Source: Methanobacteriota archaeon
GTDB lineage: Archaea > Thermoplasmatota > Poseidoniia > Poseidoniales > Poseidoniaceae
Length of the DNA stretch: 61,642 nt
Reading direction: 5' to 3'
NCBI GenBank assembly: GCA_018649825.1
Contig: JABIHC010000176.1
Location: 1 to 61,642 of the forward strand
This document shows positions 1-9,814 of the stretch, piece after piece. A model generated the notes under the pieces. The model saw only the letters and a list, made by a program, of their open reading frames with translations, was not told the DNA's origin and ran no database searches. The position numbers and the translations under genes are program-made. Each line of letters opens with the position of its first letter. The first letter of the stretch is position 1.

Positions 1-1
1 A

Positions 2-1180
2 CAAGAATTAGAAGTCAATTGGATTTGTCCGCAAAAACCCACTGAACTGCCAACAGATAGCATTTCTGAAATTCGTGGTAAAGCCAGCAAATTTGCAACC
101 AAGGCTTGGAAGAAATTGGCGGCACAAAATAATTCCTTAATAACTGCGATTAATGATGCAGATGTAATACATATTTCTGTTTGCAGAGGCAGTCTTGAGA
201 TACTCCCTCTAATTCCAAAAACCAAACCTATTCATTACCACTGCCTTGAACCCCCAAGATGGTTATACGAGGATGTATTGCACAAGGAAGTTGATGGGAA
301 ACCAAAGCGTCCAATGTGGTTAACCAATTTGATTTTTTCAAAGCAACGCCGCATAGACCGTAAATTGGTGCGCGACTTATTAGCCCGCCCAGGCAGTGCA
401 ATTTCGGGAAATTCGCATCATATTCAAGCAAATCTCGGCAAATTCTACAACATTGATGTCAATCCAAACCTCGCAAATGGAGAACCAGCACAAAGAGATA
501 ACCAAGGAAGGTGTAAAGGGGCAAGTGTGCTAATGCATGTAGTGGATATTTCAGACTGGCCACTTGTGCCCGATGAAGAAGAAATCAATGCTCAACTATC
601 CCCCAAACCAGACAGCCCTTATGTGGTGACAGTGGGTAGAATTGGTTGGGTGAAAGGAACTTGGGAAACCCTCCATTCCCTCACTGGAACCGGACTAGGT
701 TTGGCGCAAGTAGGTGGTGGAAGTGCAGAGGATAAACAGAAAATTATTGCTGAAGCAAAGAGAATTGGAGTTCCAATTTGGACAATGCCACGATTATCTC
801 AAGCCGCCTTACGAAAACTGGTAAGGGGGGCAGTCGCCATGGTAAGTCATGCTCATGGCGAGCCTTTTGGCCTAACTCCAATTGAAGCAATGGCAATAGG
901 AATCCCCGCCCTATTCGTCGACGAGGGTGGTTTTCATTGGACTATGAAGGATGCAAAAAGTGGATTGTTGATTGGGCGCGCACCTCTACGCGCCGAGACA
1001 TATGATGCCATGACAAAAGATTGGCATCAGGCATATCAAATGGCACAGAATCTAGAAATTCGCAAAGAATGGGCAGATACTGGCCGGCCACATGTTGAAG
1101 GGAAATTCACCTTAAATGTTCAGGCGGATGCACTTGAAAGATTGCTTAAAGATTGTATTCATCATGCAGAGGAACAATAA
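2..1180 (+). CDS. Glycosyltransferase, GT-B fold (GT4 / group 1), 5' end probably cut by the window edge
   Basis: The frame is open from position 2, with no stop before the TTG at 116. The C-terminal half has the GT4-type block EPFGLTPIEAMAIGIPALFVDEGG. The 'DVIHIS' block usually lies 80-100 aa into GT4 enzymes, so the true start is probably upstream of the window. Confidence 0.7.
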   Translation, partial: QELEVNWICPQKPTELPTDSISEIRGKASKFATKAWKKLAAQNNSLITAINDADVIHISVCRGSLEILPLIPKTKPIHYHCLEPPRWLYEDVLHKEVDGKPKRPMWLTNLIFSKQRRIDRKLVRDLLARPGSAISGNSHHIQANLGKFYNIDVNPNLANGEPAQRDNQGRCKGASVLMHVVDISDWPLVPDEEEINAQLSPKPDSPYVVTVGRIGWVKGTWETLHSLTGTGLGLAQVGGGSAEDKQKIIAEAKRIGVPIWTMPRLSQAALRKLVRGAVAMVSHAHGEPFGLTPIEAMAIGIPALFVDEGGFHWTMKDAKSGLLIGRAPLRAETYDAMTKDWHQAYQMAQNLEIRKEWADTGRPHVEGKFTLNVQADALERLLKDCIHHAEEQ

Positions 1181-1286
1181 TAATTAATGCGAAAATACGC
1201 ATTATGGAAATGATAACAAGAATTAATCAAAACCTTGAGGTTTCCACGCCGACTACTTGATGTGCTATTACAAACCACATGGATGT

Positions 1287-3236
1287 ATGAGCGAGATGCA
1301 CATCGTACCCGACCGAGTCAAGCAAGGTTCAACAAATATCATTCAAAATATGGATGATTGGCGCCGAGTTCATCTTTCCTCAATGTCTGACCCTGATACT
1401 TTTTGGCTTGGTATTACCAATGAATTAATTGATTGGCAAACCCCTCCAACCGAAGGTCTTGTAGGTGCCTTCCATAGCATTGCTGATAACCAAGTTTCAT
1501 GGTTTGCCGATGGCAAACTAAATGCCACAATTTCATGCCTTGATCGTCACCTTCTAACCCATCCCGAAAAAACTGCAATTCTATGGGAGGGTGATGAACC
1601 AGATGACGTAAGAGCAATTTCATACCGCCAACTTCATTCAGATGTTTGTAGGTTTTCCAATGCTCTCTCGAGTATTGGCGTTGGCCTCGGCGACCGAGTT
1701 ATCATCTACATGGGAATGGTACCCGAGGCAGCAGTAGCGATGCTCGCATGTGCCAGAATTGGCGCAATTCATTCTGTGGTTTTTGGTGGGTTTTCAGCCG
1801 AATCTATCGCCAACAGAATTGAAGATTCTCGGGCAAAGGTAGTAATTACGATGGATGAAGGGTTACGCGGAAGTCGCAAAATCCCTCTGAAAAACACCGT
1901 TGACGAAGCGGTGCAAAGTGTTTCAGGCATCGAAACAGTAGTTGTGTTAAAAAGAACAGGTGGCGAAATTTCTATGACAGAGGGTCGCGATATTTGGTGG
2001 CACGACATATGTCAGAATATGGATGATTCCCACGAAGCGGTAATCGTCCCAGCAGAACACCCACTATTCATTCTCTACACCTCTGGGTCAACTGGAAAAC
2101 CCAAGGGAGAAGTGCATGTGCATGGAGGTTACATTACCTATACGGCATTTACTCACAAAACAGTTTTCGACTTACGCGAAGATGATGTTTACGCCTGCGT
2201 TGCCGACGTAGGGTGGATAACTGGGCATTCATACATTGTTTATGGCCCACTTGCTAATGGTGCAACCACTTTCATGTTTGAATCAACTCCTCTATACCCC
2301 GATGCAGGGAGGTACTGGGATATGGTAGAGAGGCATAAAATCAATATTTTTTACACCGCACCAACTGCAATTCGTGCCCTCGCAGCAAAAGGTGATAATT
2401 TTGTTGAGAAATACGATTTGAGTTCTTTACGAGTTTTGGGTACTGTGGGTGAACCCATCAATCCCGAGGCTTGGGATTGGTATTACGATGTTGTAGGTGG
2501 AGGGCGATGCACAATTGTTGATACTTGGTGGCAGACTGAAACTGGCGGAATAAGTATCAGTCCAATCGCCCCTGCTACTCCGGTCATCGGAGGCTCTGCA
2601 ACTTTGCCAATGCCCGGTATTTCTACGGCATTATACAATGCCGAAGGACAACGTTTGATTGGCCCAGCCGAAGGACTTCTGTGCATTGAACACCCTTGGC
2701 CGGGCATCACAAGAACCATTTGGGGTGATCATGAACGCTTTGTCAACACATATTTTTCCACCATACCTGGTTTGTATTTTACCGGCGATGGATGCAGGCG
2801 AGATGAAATGGGATACCATTGGATTACCGGTCGAGTTGATGATGTAATCAATGTCAGTGGACACCGAATGGGAACTGCAGAATTTGAAGCGATAATCATT
2901 GAGGATGAGGCAATAGCCGAAGCCGCAGTGGTTGGTTTTCCACACGAAATCAAAGGTCAGGGAGTGCAGGCCTACCTAATAATGAAAAACCCAAGTGAAA
3001 CCTATAGTGAAGATTTGGCTAAGCGCTTAAATCTCATGTGCCGAAAGAGTATTGGCGCACATGCAAAAGTTGACTACTTTTGTGTAATTCCAGGATTACC
3101 AAAAACCCGTTCAGGAAAGGTAATGAGAAGAATTTTACGCAAAGTTGCTGAAGGAGACCCGAGTAATTTAGGTGATATTTCGACCCTTGCAGACCCTTCA
3201 GTTGTTGAAGCAATTCTCACTTCCAAGCGTTATTGA
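1287..3236 (+). CDS. acs: Acetyl-CoA synthetase (AMP-forming)
   Basis: Carries the AMP-binding motif YTSGSTGKPKG, the N-terminal PDTFW block, and the C-terminal PKTRSGKVMRRILRK. It is collinear with Acs over its full length. The ORF opens at TTG 1257, but ATG 1287 (MSEMH..) gives an Acs-like N-terminus. Confidence 0.95.
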   Translation: MSEMHIVPDRVKQGSTNIIQNMDDWRRVHLSSMSDPDTFWLGITNELIDWQTPPTEGLVGAFHSIADNQVSWFADGKLNATISCLDRHLLTHPEKTAILWEGDEPDDVRAISYRQLHSDVCRFSNALSSIGVGLGDRVIIYMGMVPEAAVAMLACARIGAIHSVVFGGFSAESIANRIEDSRAKVVITMDEGLRGSRKIPLKNTVDEAVQSVSGIETVVVLKRTGGEISMTEGRDIWWHDICQNMDDSHEAVIVPAEHPLFILYTSGSTGKPKGEVHVHGGYITYTAFTHKTVFDLREDDVYACVADVGWITGHSYIVYGPLANGATTFMFESTPLYPDAGRYWDMVERHKINIFYTAPTAIRALAAKGDNFVEKYDLSSLRVLGTVGEPINPEAWDWYYDVVGGGRCTIVDTWWQTETGGISISPIAPATPVIGGSATLPMPGISTALYNAEGQRLIGPAEGLLCIEHPWPGITRTIWGDHERFVNTYFSTIPGLYFTGDGCRRDEMGYHWITGRVDDVINVSGHRMGTAEFEAIIIEDEAIAEAAVVGFPHEIKGQGVQAYLIMKNPSETYSEDLAKRLNLMCRKSIGAHAKVDYFCVIPGLPKTRSGKVMRRILRKVAEGDPSNLGDISTLADPSVVEAILTSKRY

Positions 3237-3243
3237 CGAGAAA

Positions 3244-3249
3244 TTTTTT
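3244..3249 (+). terminator. Oligo-T run between convergent acs and the ABC ATPase gene (candidate archaeal terminator)
   Basis: A T6 run lies 8 nt after the acs stop. Archaeal termination typically uses oligo-T tracts. Position is the only evidence. Confidence 0.3.
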
Positions 3250-3302
3250 CCTACGCCGAATACAACTAGCCGAGGAACTGGAAGAGCCACAACAAGTGGC
3301 CT

Positions 3303-4301
3303 TCATTTAGCACCCTGTATTTGACTGGGGCGCGATGACCCACACTCAGGGCACTGATCATCTTCGGTATCACCATAGTCATATTTACAAGCAGGGCACT
3401 TTGCAGTAAGTTGCATTTTTCCATGCGCAACTATTTCCAATTTTTCATCATCAACACGCTCCATAGTCAAATGGTCCTTTGTCAAATCTTTAACCAAAAA
3501 TCTTCCCATTCCACCCAATTGAGTTAATATGTCGGGTGGCATGGATAAAGTTCCTGTCTCATCCATTATTAATTCACGATCTTCCTGCAATTCGGCATCC
3601 GTAACTCCATGTTTATGCTGAGCGACAAAACGACCATCTCTTAATTCAAGTGCTCTATCAGCAAAAGAAGAAACTTCCCTTGAATGAGTAACTATTAGGA
3701 AAGCAACTCCATCTTCATCATGTAATTTACGGAATAAATCAATAATACGCCTGCCGGTAATTGGATCTAAGGCGCCAGTAGGCTCATCAGCCAAAATAAT
3801 TCTCGGATTGGTAATTAATGCCCGACCAATTGCAACCCGTTGTGCTTCCCCGCCAGATAGAGTTGAGGGGTAGGATTTTGCTTGCCCCTGAATACCAAGG
3901 CGTTCTAACATTTCCAATGCTTTCTTCCGAGCAACTTTATCGCGAACCCCTGCATGCTTGAGCGGTTGAGCGACATTTTCAATGGCAGTCAAATCAGGCA
4001 ATAAATTACCCTCTTGGAAGATAAAGGATACTGTGCGTTGGCGAAGGCTAACGAGTTCTGCACCGGTTAAGCGTGTCATGTTTTGCCCATTCAAAAACAC
4101 CGAACCAGCACTTGGTTTCATCAGTCCGCCAAGAGCTTTGAGAAGGGTGGATTTGCCTGAGCCTGATGGCCCAACAACTGCTACTGCTTCACCAGCCGCA
4201 ATTTCCACGGTTAATCCACGCAGAGCGACTACATTGCCATCAAGTTGATTTGAATCATATACGTGATAGAGATTGTTTGCTTCAAGAATTATATCACTCA
4301 T
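3303..4301 (-). CDS. ABC transporter ATP-binding protein (MacB/LolD-like) with C-terminal zinc-ribbon extension
   Basis: Has Walker A GPSGSGKST, signature LSGGEAQRV and Walker B ILADEPT. About 100 extra C-terminal residues end in CPACKYDYGDTEDDQCPECG. Confidence 0.9.
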   Translation of the reverse strand: MSDIILEANNLYHVYDSNQLDGNVVALRGLTVEIAAGEAVAVVGPSGSGKSTLLKALGGLMKPSAGSVFLNGQNMTRLTGAELVSLRQRTVSFIFQEGNLLPDLTAIENVAQPLKHAGVRDKVARKKALEMLERLGIQGQAKSYPSTLSGGEAQRVAIGRALITNPRIILADEPTGALDPITGRRIIDLFRKLHDEDGVAFLIVTHSREVSSFADRALELRDGRFVAQHKHGVTDAELQEDRELIMDETGTLSMPPDILTQLGGMGRFLVKDLTKDHLTMERVDDEKLEIVAHGKMQLTAKCPACKYDYGDTEDDQCPECGSSRPSQIQGAK

Positions 4302-4304
4302 AAT

Positions 4305-7300
4305 TTACTCCCCCTTCAATACTGAGGCTAAATCAGAACGCAAAGCACTCAATGTTGTTGCGACTAAAGCGACTATTACTGCAAATAATACACTTAAACT
4401 GACCAACAATAAATCAACAAATGGCCAAACTAATTCCCTCTCTATCACAGTACTTGAGCCACCAAATATTTGGAAAATGAAGCCAAATATTGAGAAAAAC
4501 CCATTGAAGGATTGGGCAATCCCCGCTCCAAGAATTAATCCCAACAACATACTTGTCACGACTATGGAAAGAATTTCAAACAGGACCAAACGCATTACTT
4601 GGTTGGGGCTAGCACCTATTGCCTGCAAAATTGCCAATTCCTTCTTACGCTGTGTTAGGACAAGTGAGAGGAATACGAAAGCACTGGCGACTGCGGCTAC
4701 TGCGGCTACTACAAACTGTAAACTGAGGAGGCCCGGTGTTCCAAAAATAAGACCGCCATTTCGTTCAACACTTTCTCTTGAGGAGGTGAGGTCACTTGCT
4801 TCACTAACTCCACTTGCTGATTCAAGCCTAATTCGCAGATTTTTTAGTGAATCTGCATCCGAATCTGCAAGGTTATTGCCATCCTTATCGGAGACCTTGA
4901 CAAACCATTGTGGGGCAATAATATCTTCATCAGCCGACATATTTTGCAAAATTCGATAAGAAGATTCACCAATTACTATTGCATTTTCGGCAGAAGATGA
5001 ATCGAGACCTGGAACCCATTCGTGTTGGCCCATGTAGTCTAATTCTACCGAAGTTATTGTTTCGCTTATTGTAAAGCCACTTTCTCCTTCACCCCCACTA
5101 CTCAATGCTAAGAGTAATGCCGGAGTTGGATTGAGGGATGCTTGACATGGTGTGCCATTGTATGAGATTCCTGATGGGCATGTTGCATTGGTTTGGCTGC
5201 TCAATGATAAATTGACAAAGCCAAACATAGAAGTCATGTTTGTATTATCTAGATTTGTTCCTTGAAGCAGATTAATTGGACCTCCCAAATCTTGAAGCAT
5301 TATTGATTCTACAAGATTTGCTCCACTTAAGTTAGCATTCATCAGCGATGTATTGAAGAATAATGCACCGAAAAAGTTGGTCCCTGCTAAGTTTGCACCG
5401 TCAAAATTGGTGTTTGTAAGATTTGCAAAGGAAAAGTTGAGACCTGAAAGGTCAGCGCCAGATAAATCCCTACCCGATAAGTCATCGCCAAAGGGATAAT
5501 TTTCTTGGGCAATCATCAATTCTTGAAGCCCAAGCCCTCCATTCTCAGATCCAGAGGAACCATTATCTTCGCCGCCAGTTCCATTATCTCCTTCAGAAGT
5601 AGTATCGCCGAATGAAACATCATATAATGTTCCCTCAAAAATAGTTTTTACCACATTTTCACTTGTATCAAGAGGCTGGAAGTCGGTATCGCTTGCTCGG
5701 CCACCAGAAGTTCCAGGTAGTTGTAAATTGAAAGCAACAGATTGACCTGCAGTATATCCTCCATTTTGGTAGCCATCATACACAAGTTGCAAATCTTCAC
5801 CGGGAAGGGCCTGAGCAGTCCAAAGGAGAACTTCCTCTTGTCCTTCCATCAACACCCACACATTTATTGTTGAGGATTCACCATCGGGAATAACAATAGT
5901 TGTTGAAATTGAAGTCATTCCAATTGAATATTTGTCATAATCCATTCCTTCATCTGCCATTGCTTGATAAATAATAGTCTCAACTTCAGAGAAGTTCATC
6001 GCTTCGGTAAATTCAATTGAAAGACTTGAACCAGTCTGTGCATCGGCTGTTCGTTTGTCAACAAGGGTTCCTGTGGCACCTTGAACTGCCGCTAAAGTCA
6101 CAATGGAGAGGGTTAAGAGCATAATTACTGCAAGGCGGCCAATTGATTCCGATGAGCCAGTACTACGCAAACCGCGACGGATGTCCTTGAGAAGAGGGGA
6201 CCAGCCAAAAAGGGCGGCAAACATTCGTGGACCATGGGTGGCGATTTTTGCTAACAATAGGGCACCGCCAATCCATAAAAAGAACGGCCCGAATAATCCG
6301 AATAAACCGTCAATAAAGAAATTGTCAAACATATCTTCTGCACCAGAAGTATCTTCCAAAATGCTTTCGATAAGAGCAATGATTCCTAAAACGAATAACA
6401 AAATATGTAGCCATGTTTTTGATTTGCTTGCGGCAGTAGTTTTTCTTACTCCTTCATCAATTTCCATAGCCAAAAAGTCCTTTGTACGAGAACGGCCAAA
6501 GAGCCATGCAAGGCCAATAGTTGATATTGCAGTGAAAAATATTGAGCCAAAACCGAGGTTAACATTAACTTCAAAATCACCTGATCTAAATTGCATAAAA
6601 CCAACTGCATCCAATACAATTGGGACGGTAGCGAGAGCAAGAAGATAGCCAGCAAACCAAGCAATAAAACTCATCACTAATACTTCGCGTAAAACCATTT
6701 TTTGCATTGATTGGGCAGAGCCACCAATTGTTCTATGAATAGAAATTTCACGACGCCGTTGCTCCAAAGAGAGAACCATGCCATAGACAAGAACCGCAAT
6801 TGAAAGTAAAATAATTGGTATCATCAAAATATAATCAAACAATTGAATGAGACCGAGGAAAATGTTTAGAAAAGTAATTGATCCAGTGATTAAATCAAAC
6901 CAAAATAAGGTGACTCCACCGCTATAGTCTGCATCATTTGCTGAAACTTTCTGCGAAAGAATTCCCAAATAATCCTCGGCATCAGAAGTTGATGTTGTCG
7001 GTAATAATGATCGGTCAACTGCAACACCGAAGAAACTGTGATCCATGTCAATTAATTCAGTTACAGTTGAATTATCAAGAATCGTCCAAGTGAAAAATAT
7101 TGGATTATAACCAAGAGTAGGGTTGGCGAACTCACCATCCTCATAAATTCCACCAATAGTAAGATTTTCAACAACAACACTAATTCTACAATGATGAACA
7201 CCCACACCTGTTGTTTCAACATAACCGCCTTCGCATTCTTCAATGCTTTTCTCAACTGCAGTTTCAATAATATATGAAAATGTAAGGGTTGAAAGTTTCT

Positions 7301-8030
7301 CACCCACAGTCGCCCCTACTTTGTTTGCGATACTTGCTGGCACGATAACCAAACGACCTTCTTCTGCTTCTTGATGAGTTGGCCAAGAATCACCATACAA
7401 CATACTACTTTCAAAACGCTCAGCTAATTCTCCATCATATGCACCAGGGCCAAGTAACCTCGTCATTCGTTTAGTATATACTGAAGGACCTGCTGAGGCG
7501 GCTTCGGGAAAATCAAATGATTCATTTTCCCAACCAACTGCTTCACCTTCTACAGATTCCATGGCAAGATAACCGGCTGCGAAAAATCCTATATTACCAA
7601 AAAATCCATTTTGCCGAATTGCATTCCGACCCATTATCAAACTACAATCAGAAATTTCCTTCATCGCTTGTAATTCATTACACACTTCAATTAAGACCAC
7701 TGAATCATTGACAAAAGAATCAGAACCGGGTTTGGCTTTTTGCTCAACTTTGGCATCTATTGCCTCACTTTCAAGTGACTCCTGAAAGAAAATTTGCGAC
7801 AATCCTGAACTATATGCTAATACAGTTGTTATGACTAGTGAAGCGAGAAATACTCCGGCGAATATCGCTAATCCTCTTTGTTTTCCACGCCAAGCCGAAA
7901 TTATCGCCGTACGAGTATTAGCGGGAATGTCAGCAATTGAATCCATAAAAGACCGTTTTTGGATTTCTGAACTACTCTGTTTTTCAACATGCTCAGAACC
8001 ATCAGAATCAATAGAATCCCCGGCAGTCAT
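4305..8030 (-). CDS. Fused double FtsX-family ABC permease (MacB-like) with two large external domains
   Basis: Two FtsX-type modules are present (..LSLEQRRREISIHRTIGGSAQSM.. and ..LTQRKKELAILQAIGASPNQV..). Each follows a long hydrophilic domain and several hydrophobic helices. The start overlaps the upstream ATPase stop by 4 nt, and the stop lies 3 nt before the downstream ATPase start. Confidence 0.85.
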   Translation of the reverse strand: MTAGDSIDSDGSEHVEKQSSSEIQKRSFMDSIADIPANTRTAIISAWRGKQRGLAIFAGVFLASLVITTVLAYSSGLSQIFFQESLESEAIDAKVEQKAKPGSDSFVNDSVVLIEVCNELQAMKEISDCSLIMGRNAIRQNGFFGNIGFFAAGYLAMESVEGEAVGWENESFDFPEAASAGPSVYTKRMTRLLGPGAYDGELAERFESSMLYGDSWPTHQEAEEGRLVIVPASIANKVGATVGEKLSTLTFSYIIETAVEKSIEECEGGYVETTGVGVHHCRISVVVENLTIGGIYEDGEFANPTLGYNPIFFTWTILDNSTVTELIDMDHSFFGVAVDRSLLPTTSTSDAEDYLGILSQKVSANDADYSGGVTLFWFDLITGSITFLNIFLGLIQLFDYILMIPIILLSIAVLVYGMVLSLEQRRREISIHRTIGGSAQSMQKMVLREVLVMSFIAWFAGYLLALATVPIVLDAVGFMQFRSGDFEVNVNLGFGSIFFTAISTIGLAWLFGRSRTKDFLAMEIDEGVRKTTAASKSKTWLHILLFVLGIIALIESILEDTSGAEDMFDNFFIDGLFGLFGPFFLWIGGALLLAKIATHGPRMFAALFGWSPLLKDIRRGLRSTGSSESIGRLAVIMLLTLSIVTLAAVQGATGTLVDKRTADAQTGSSLSIEFTEAMNFSEVETIIYQAMADEGMDYDKYSIGMTSISTTIVIPDGESSTINVWVLMEGQEEVLLWTAQALPGEDLQLVYDGYQNGGYTAGQSVAFNLQLPGTSGGRASDTDFQPLDTSENVVKTIFEGTLYDVSFGDTTSEGDNGTGGEDNGSSGSENGGLGLQELMIAQENYPFGDDLSGRDLSGADLSGLNFSFANLTNTNFDGANLAGTNFFGALFFNTSLMNANLSGANLVESIMLQDLGGPINLLQGTNLDNTNMTSMFGFVNLSLSSQTNATCPSGISYNGTPCQASLNPTPALLLALSSGGEGESGFTISETITSVELDYMGQHEWVPGLDSSSAENAIVIGESSYRILQNMSADEDIIAPQWFVKVSDKDGNNLADSDADSLKNLRIRLESASGVSEASDLTSSRESVERNGGLIFGTPGLLSLQFVVAAVAAVASAFVFLSLVLTQRKKELAILQAIGASPNQVMRLVLFEILSIVVTSMLLGLILGAGIAQSFNGFFSIFGFIFQIFGGSSTVIERELVWPFVDLLLVSLSVLFAVIVALVATTLSALRSDLASVLKGE

Positions 8031-8896
8031 TCCTCTTCACCTCCATCAACATTACTTGCTTTTGAAATTGTCTCTAATCCAGTCTTAGAGGTTTTATCGG
8101 TAGATTTTACCCTCGATTTCCGCTTGGCTTTTTTTCGGCTTTTCTTTGTTTTGTCTGCCTTATTTTCTTCCTTTTCATGGCCTAAGACATCATCACCCCA
8201 AGCAGAACGAATATCAGAAGATGCAGTAATACCATCTTTGAGAAGTAGCATTCGATCTGCTTTGGCAGCAAGGTTTGGATCGTGAGTAACCATTAATATT
8301 GAAATTGGGTCATTTTCTGCATGACATAATTCCTTGAATAAATTAAGTATCTCTTCACCTGAAACGGTATCTAAATTTCCAGTTGGCTCATCGGCCAACA
8401 ATAGTGGGCGATTTCCAGCCACAGCCCTTGCAATTGCAGCCCGCTGGCGCTGGCCACCAGATAATTGGTCGGGGATGTGGTCAAGCCGGTCGCCAAGACC
8501 AACTCTATCAAGAGCAATAATGGCGCGCTCTTCAGCCTCAGCACCATCGACTCCGGCCAGTTCTAATGCAAGAATGACATTGTCAAGAATATTTAAATGC
8601 TCTAACAAATGAAAATCTTGAAAAATCCAACCAACGCCATTACGACGCACATCTACTACGCGATTTGGCGGAAGTGTCCCAAAGGAATATTCGCCGAGGT
8701 CAATTGAACCAGAATCAGCATCTAATAGGCCACCAATGACATTCAATAGTGTAGATTTACCACAACCAGATGGCCCCATCAACGCCACTAATTCACCAGA
8801 TTGAATCTCAAGATTGATTCCTTTTAGAACTTCTAACCGATTAGAACCAGACCCAAATCCCTTACGTAATTTCTTTACTTTCAACATTTTATTCAC
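8027..8896 (-). CDS. ABC transporter ATP-binding protein (LolD/MacB-like) with Lys-rich C-terminal tail
   Basis: Has Walker A GPSGCGKST, signature LSGGQRQRAAIARA and Walker B LLADEPTGNLD. The tail reads KADKTKKSRKKAKRKSRVK...GGEEE. Confidence 0.9.
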   Translation of the reverse strand: MNKMLKVKKLRKGFGSGSNRLEVLKGINLEIQSGELVALMGPSGCGKSTLLNVIGGLLDADSGSIDLGEYSFGTLPPNRVVDVRRNGVGWIFQDFHLLEHLNILDNVILALELAGVDGAEAEERAIIALDRVGLGDRLDHIPDQLSGGQRQRAAIARAVAGNRPLLLADEPTGNLDTVSGEEILNLFKELCHAENDPISILMVTHDPNLAAKADRMLLLKDGITASSDIRSAWGDDVLGHEKEENKADKTKKSRKKAKRKSRVKSTDKTSKTGLETISKASNVDGGEEE

Positions 8897-9512
8897 ACTC
8901 CAACAATGATTTTGTTAATTTAACAAGTAAAGAAGATATTTTTGCGCCTTTTTCATGGCTACAATCGCCCAAGTTCTGCATTTCGAAGAAGCCAAAACCC
9001 ATATGAAGATGATGAAATAATTCCATCAATGAATCTAGTGAAATATCAGTCCTCACTAAGCCCCATTGTTGCCCCAACTCTACAGTCTGTCTGATATGAA
9101 GTTCTTTAGGTTCAAAGAGTTGTATGGCGCGGTCCACCACATTATGAGTGAAAGGTAATTCCATCGCTCTAGCAAAAATCGGTAAATGTTCCAAATTATT
9201 AGCCCACCATTCATCTATAACTTGATTGTATGTTTCCATATGTTGCCAAAAGTCGCCAGCGGAACTTGGCTGGTTTTGGGACATGATGGTCAAATTAATT
9301 CCCTCCGCAGCTTCGCCAACAATGGTCAAAAAAATATCCGCCTTATCCTCAAACCAATAATAGAATTGTCCCTTGGATATTTCTGCCTTCTGAAGAAAAC
9401 CATTGAGAGACATTGCCTCATAGCCATGTTGCGCAAATTCTTCACGAGCAATGTCAAGAACTCTTTTTTTTAGGCCAGAATCAAGGTTGAGGAATCTTTT
9501 GAGTGGCATCAC
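8889..9512 (-). CDS. TetR-family transcriptional regulator
   Basis: The N-terminal HTH block KKRVLDIAREEFAQHGYEAMSLNGFLQKAEISKGQFYYWFEDKADIF is typical of TetR_N. The gene overlaps the downstream ATPase start by 8 nt, suggesting one operon. Confidence 0.8.
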   Translation of the reverse strand: MMPLKRFLNLDSGLKKRVLDIAREEFAQHGYEAMSLNGFLQKAEISKGQFYYWFEDKADIFLTIVGEAAEGINLTIMSQNQPSSAGDFWQHMETYNQVIDEWWANNLEHLPIFARAMELPFTHNVVDRAIQLFEPKELHIRQTVELGQQWGLVRTDISLDSLMELFHHLHMGFGFFEMQNLGDCSHEKGAKISSLLVKLTKSLLECE

Positions 9513-9520
9513 ATCAACCT

Positions 9521-9730
9521 CTATTTAGACCGCCGGTCTGACCAGCAGTATATAATGCTGTTCGTTTGGTTATATTTGCGCGGAATTTGTGTGATTTCGC
9601 AACTTCCTGTTGCCAATAATCTGTTAATAATATTCAATAATATGGAGAAGAAACTACCGGAGGACCCCATTAGTGCTACGAGTTCGCAGATTTCAATTTC
9701 TAAGTTGAACCCTTGAGACTTTGTAAAATA
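9521..9730 (-). pseudogene. Degraded relic of an ABC ATPase 5' end (Walker A destroyed)
   Basis: Translation of 9587..9718 (minus) gives SQGFNLEIEICELVALMGSSGSFFSILLNIINRLLATGS. The intact ATPase at 8027..8896 reads LKGINLEIQSGELVALMGPSGCGKSTLLNVIGGLLDADSG. About half of 44 positions are identical by eye, the Walker A Lys is lost, and no ABC signature or Walker B follows. Confidence 0.55.
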
Positions 9731-9814
9731 TTGACAATTTATTGAAAAAAAATATCTCTGATGAAAAAGCGTTGAGCCGTTGCATTGATGTCTAATAGGT
9801 GCTCGCAACGATTC

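Noticed and set aside
9521-9808. A 95-aa ORF as a genuine small protein gene
   Set aside because: It resembles only the N-terminal part of an ABC ATPase with a destroyed Walker A, and it lacks the rest of the domain. I treat it as a relic (see pseudogene feature).
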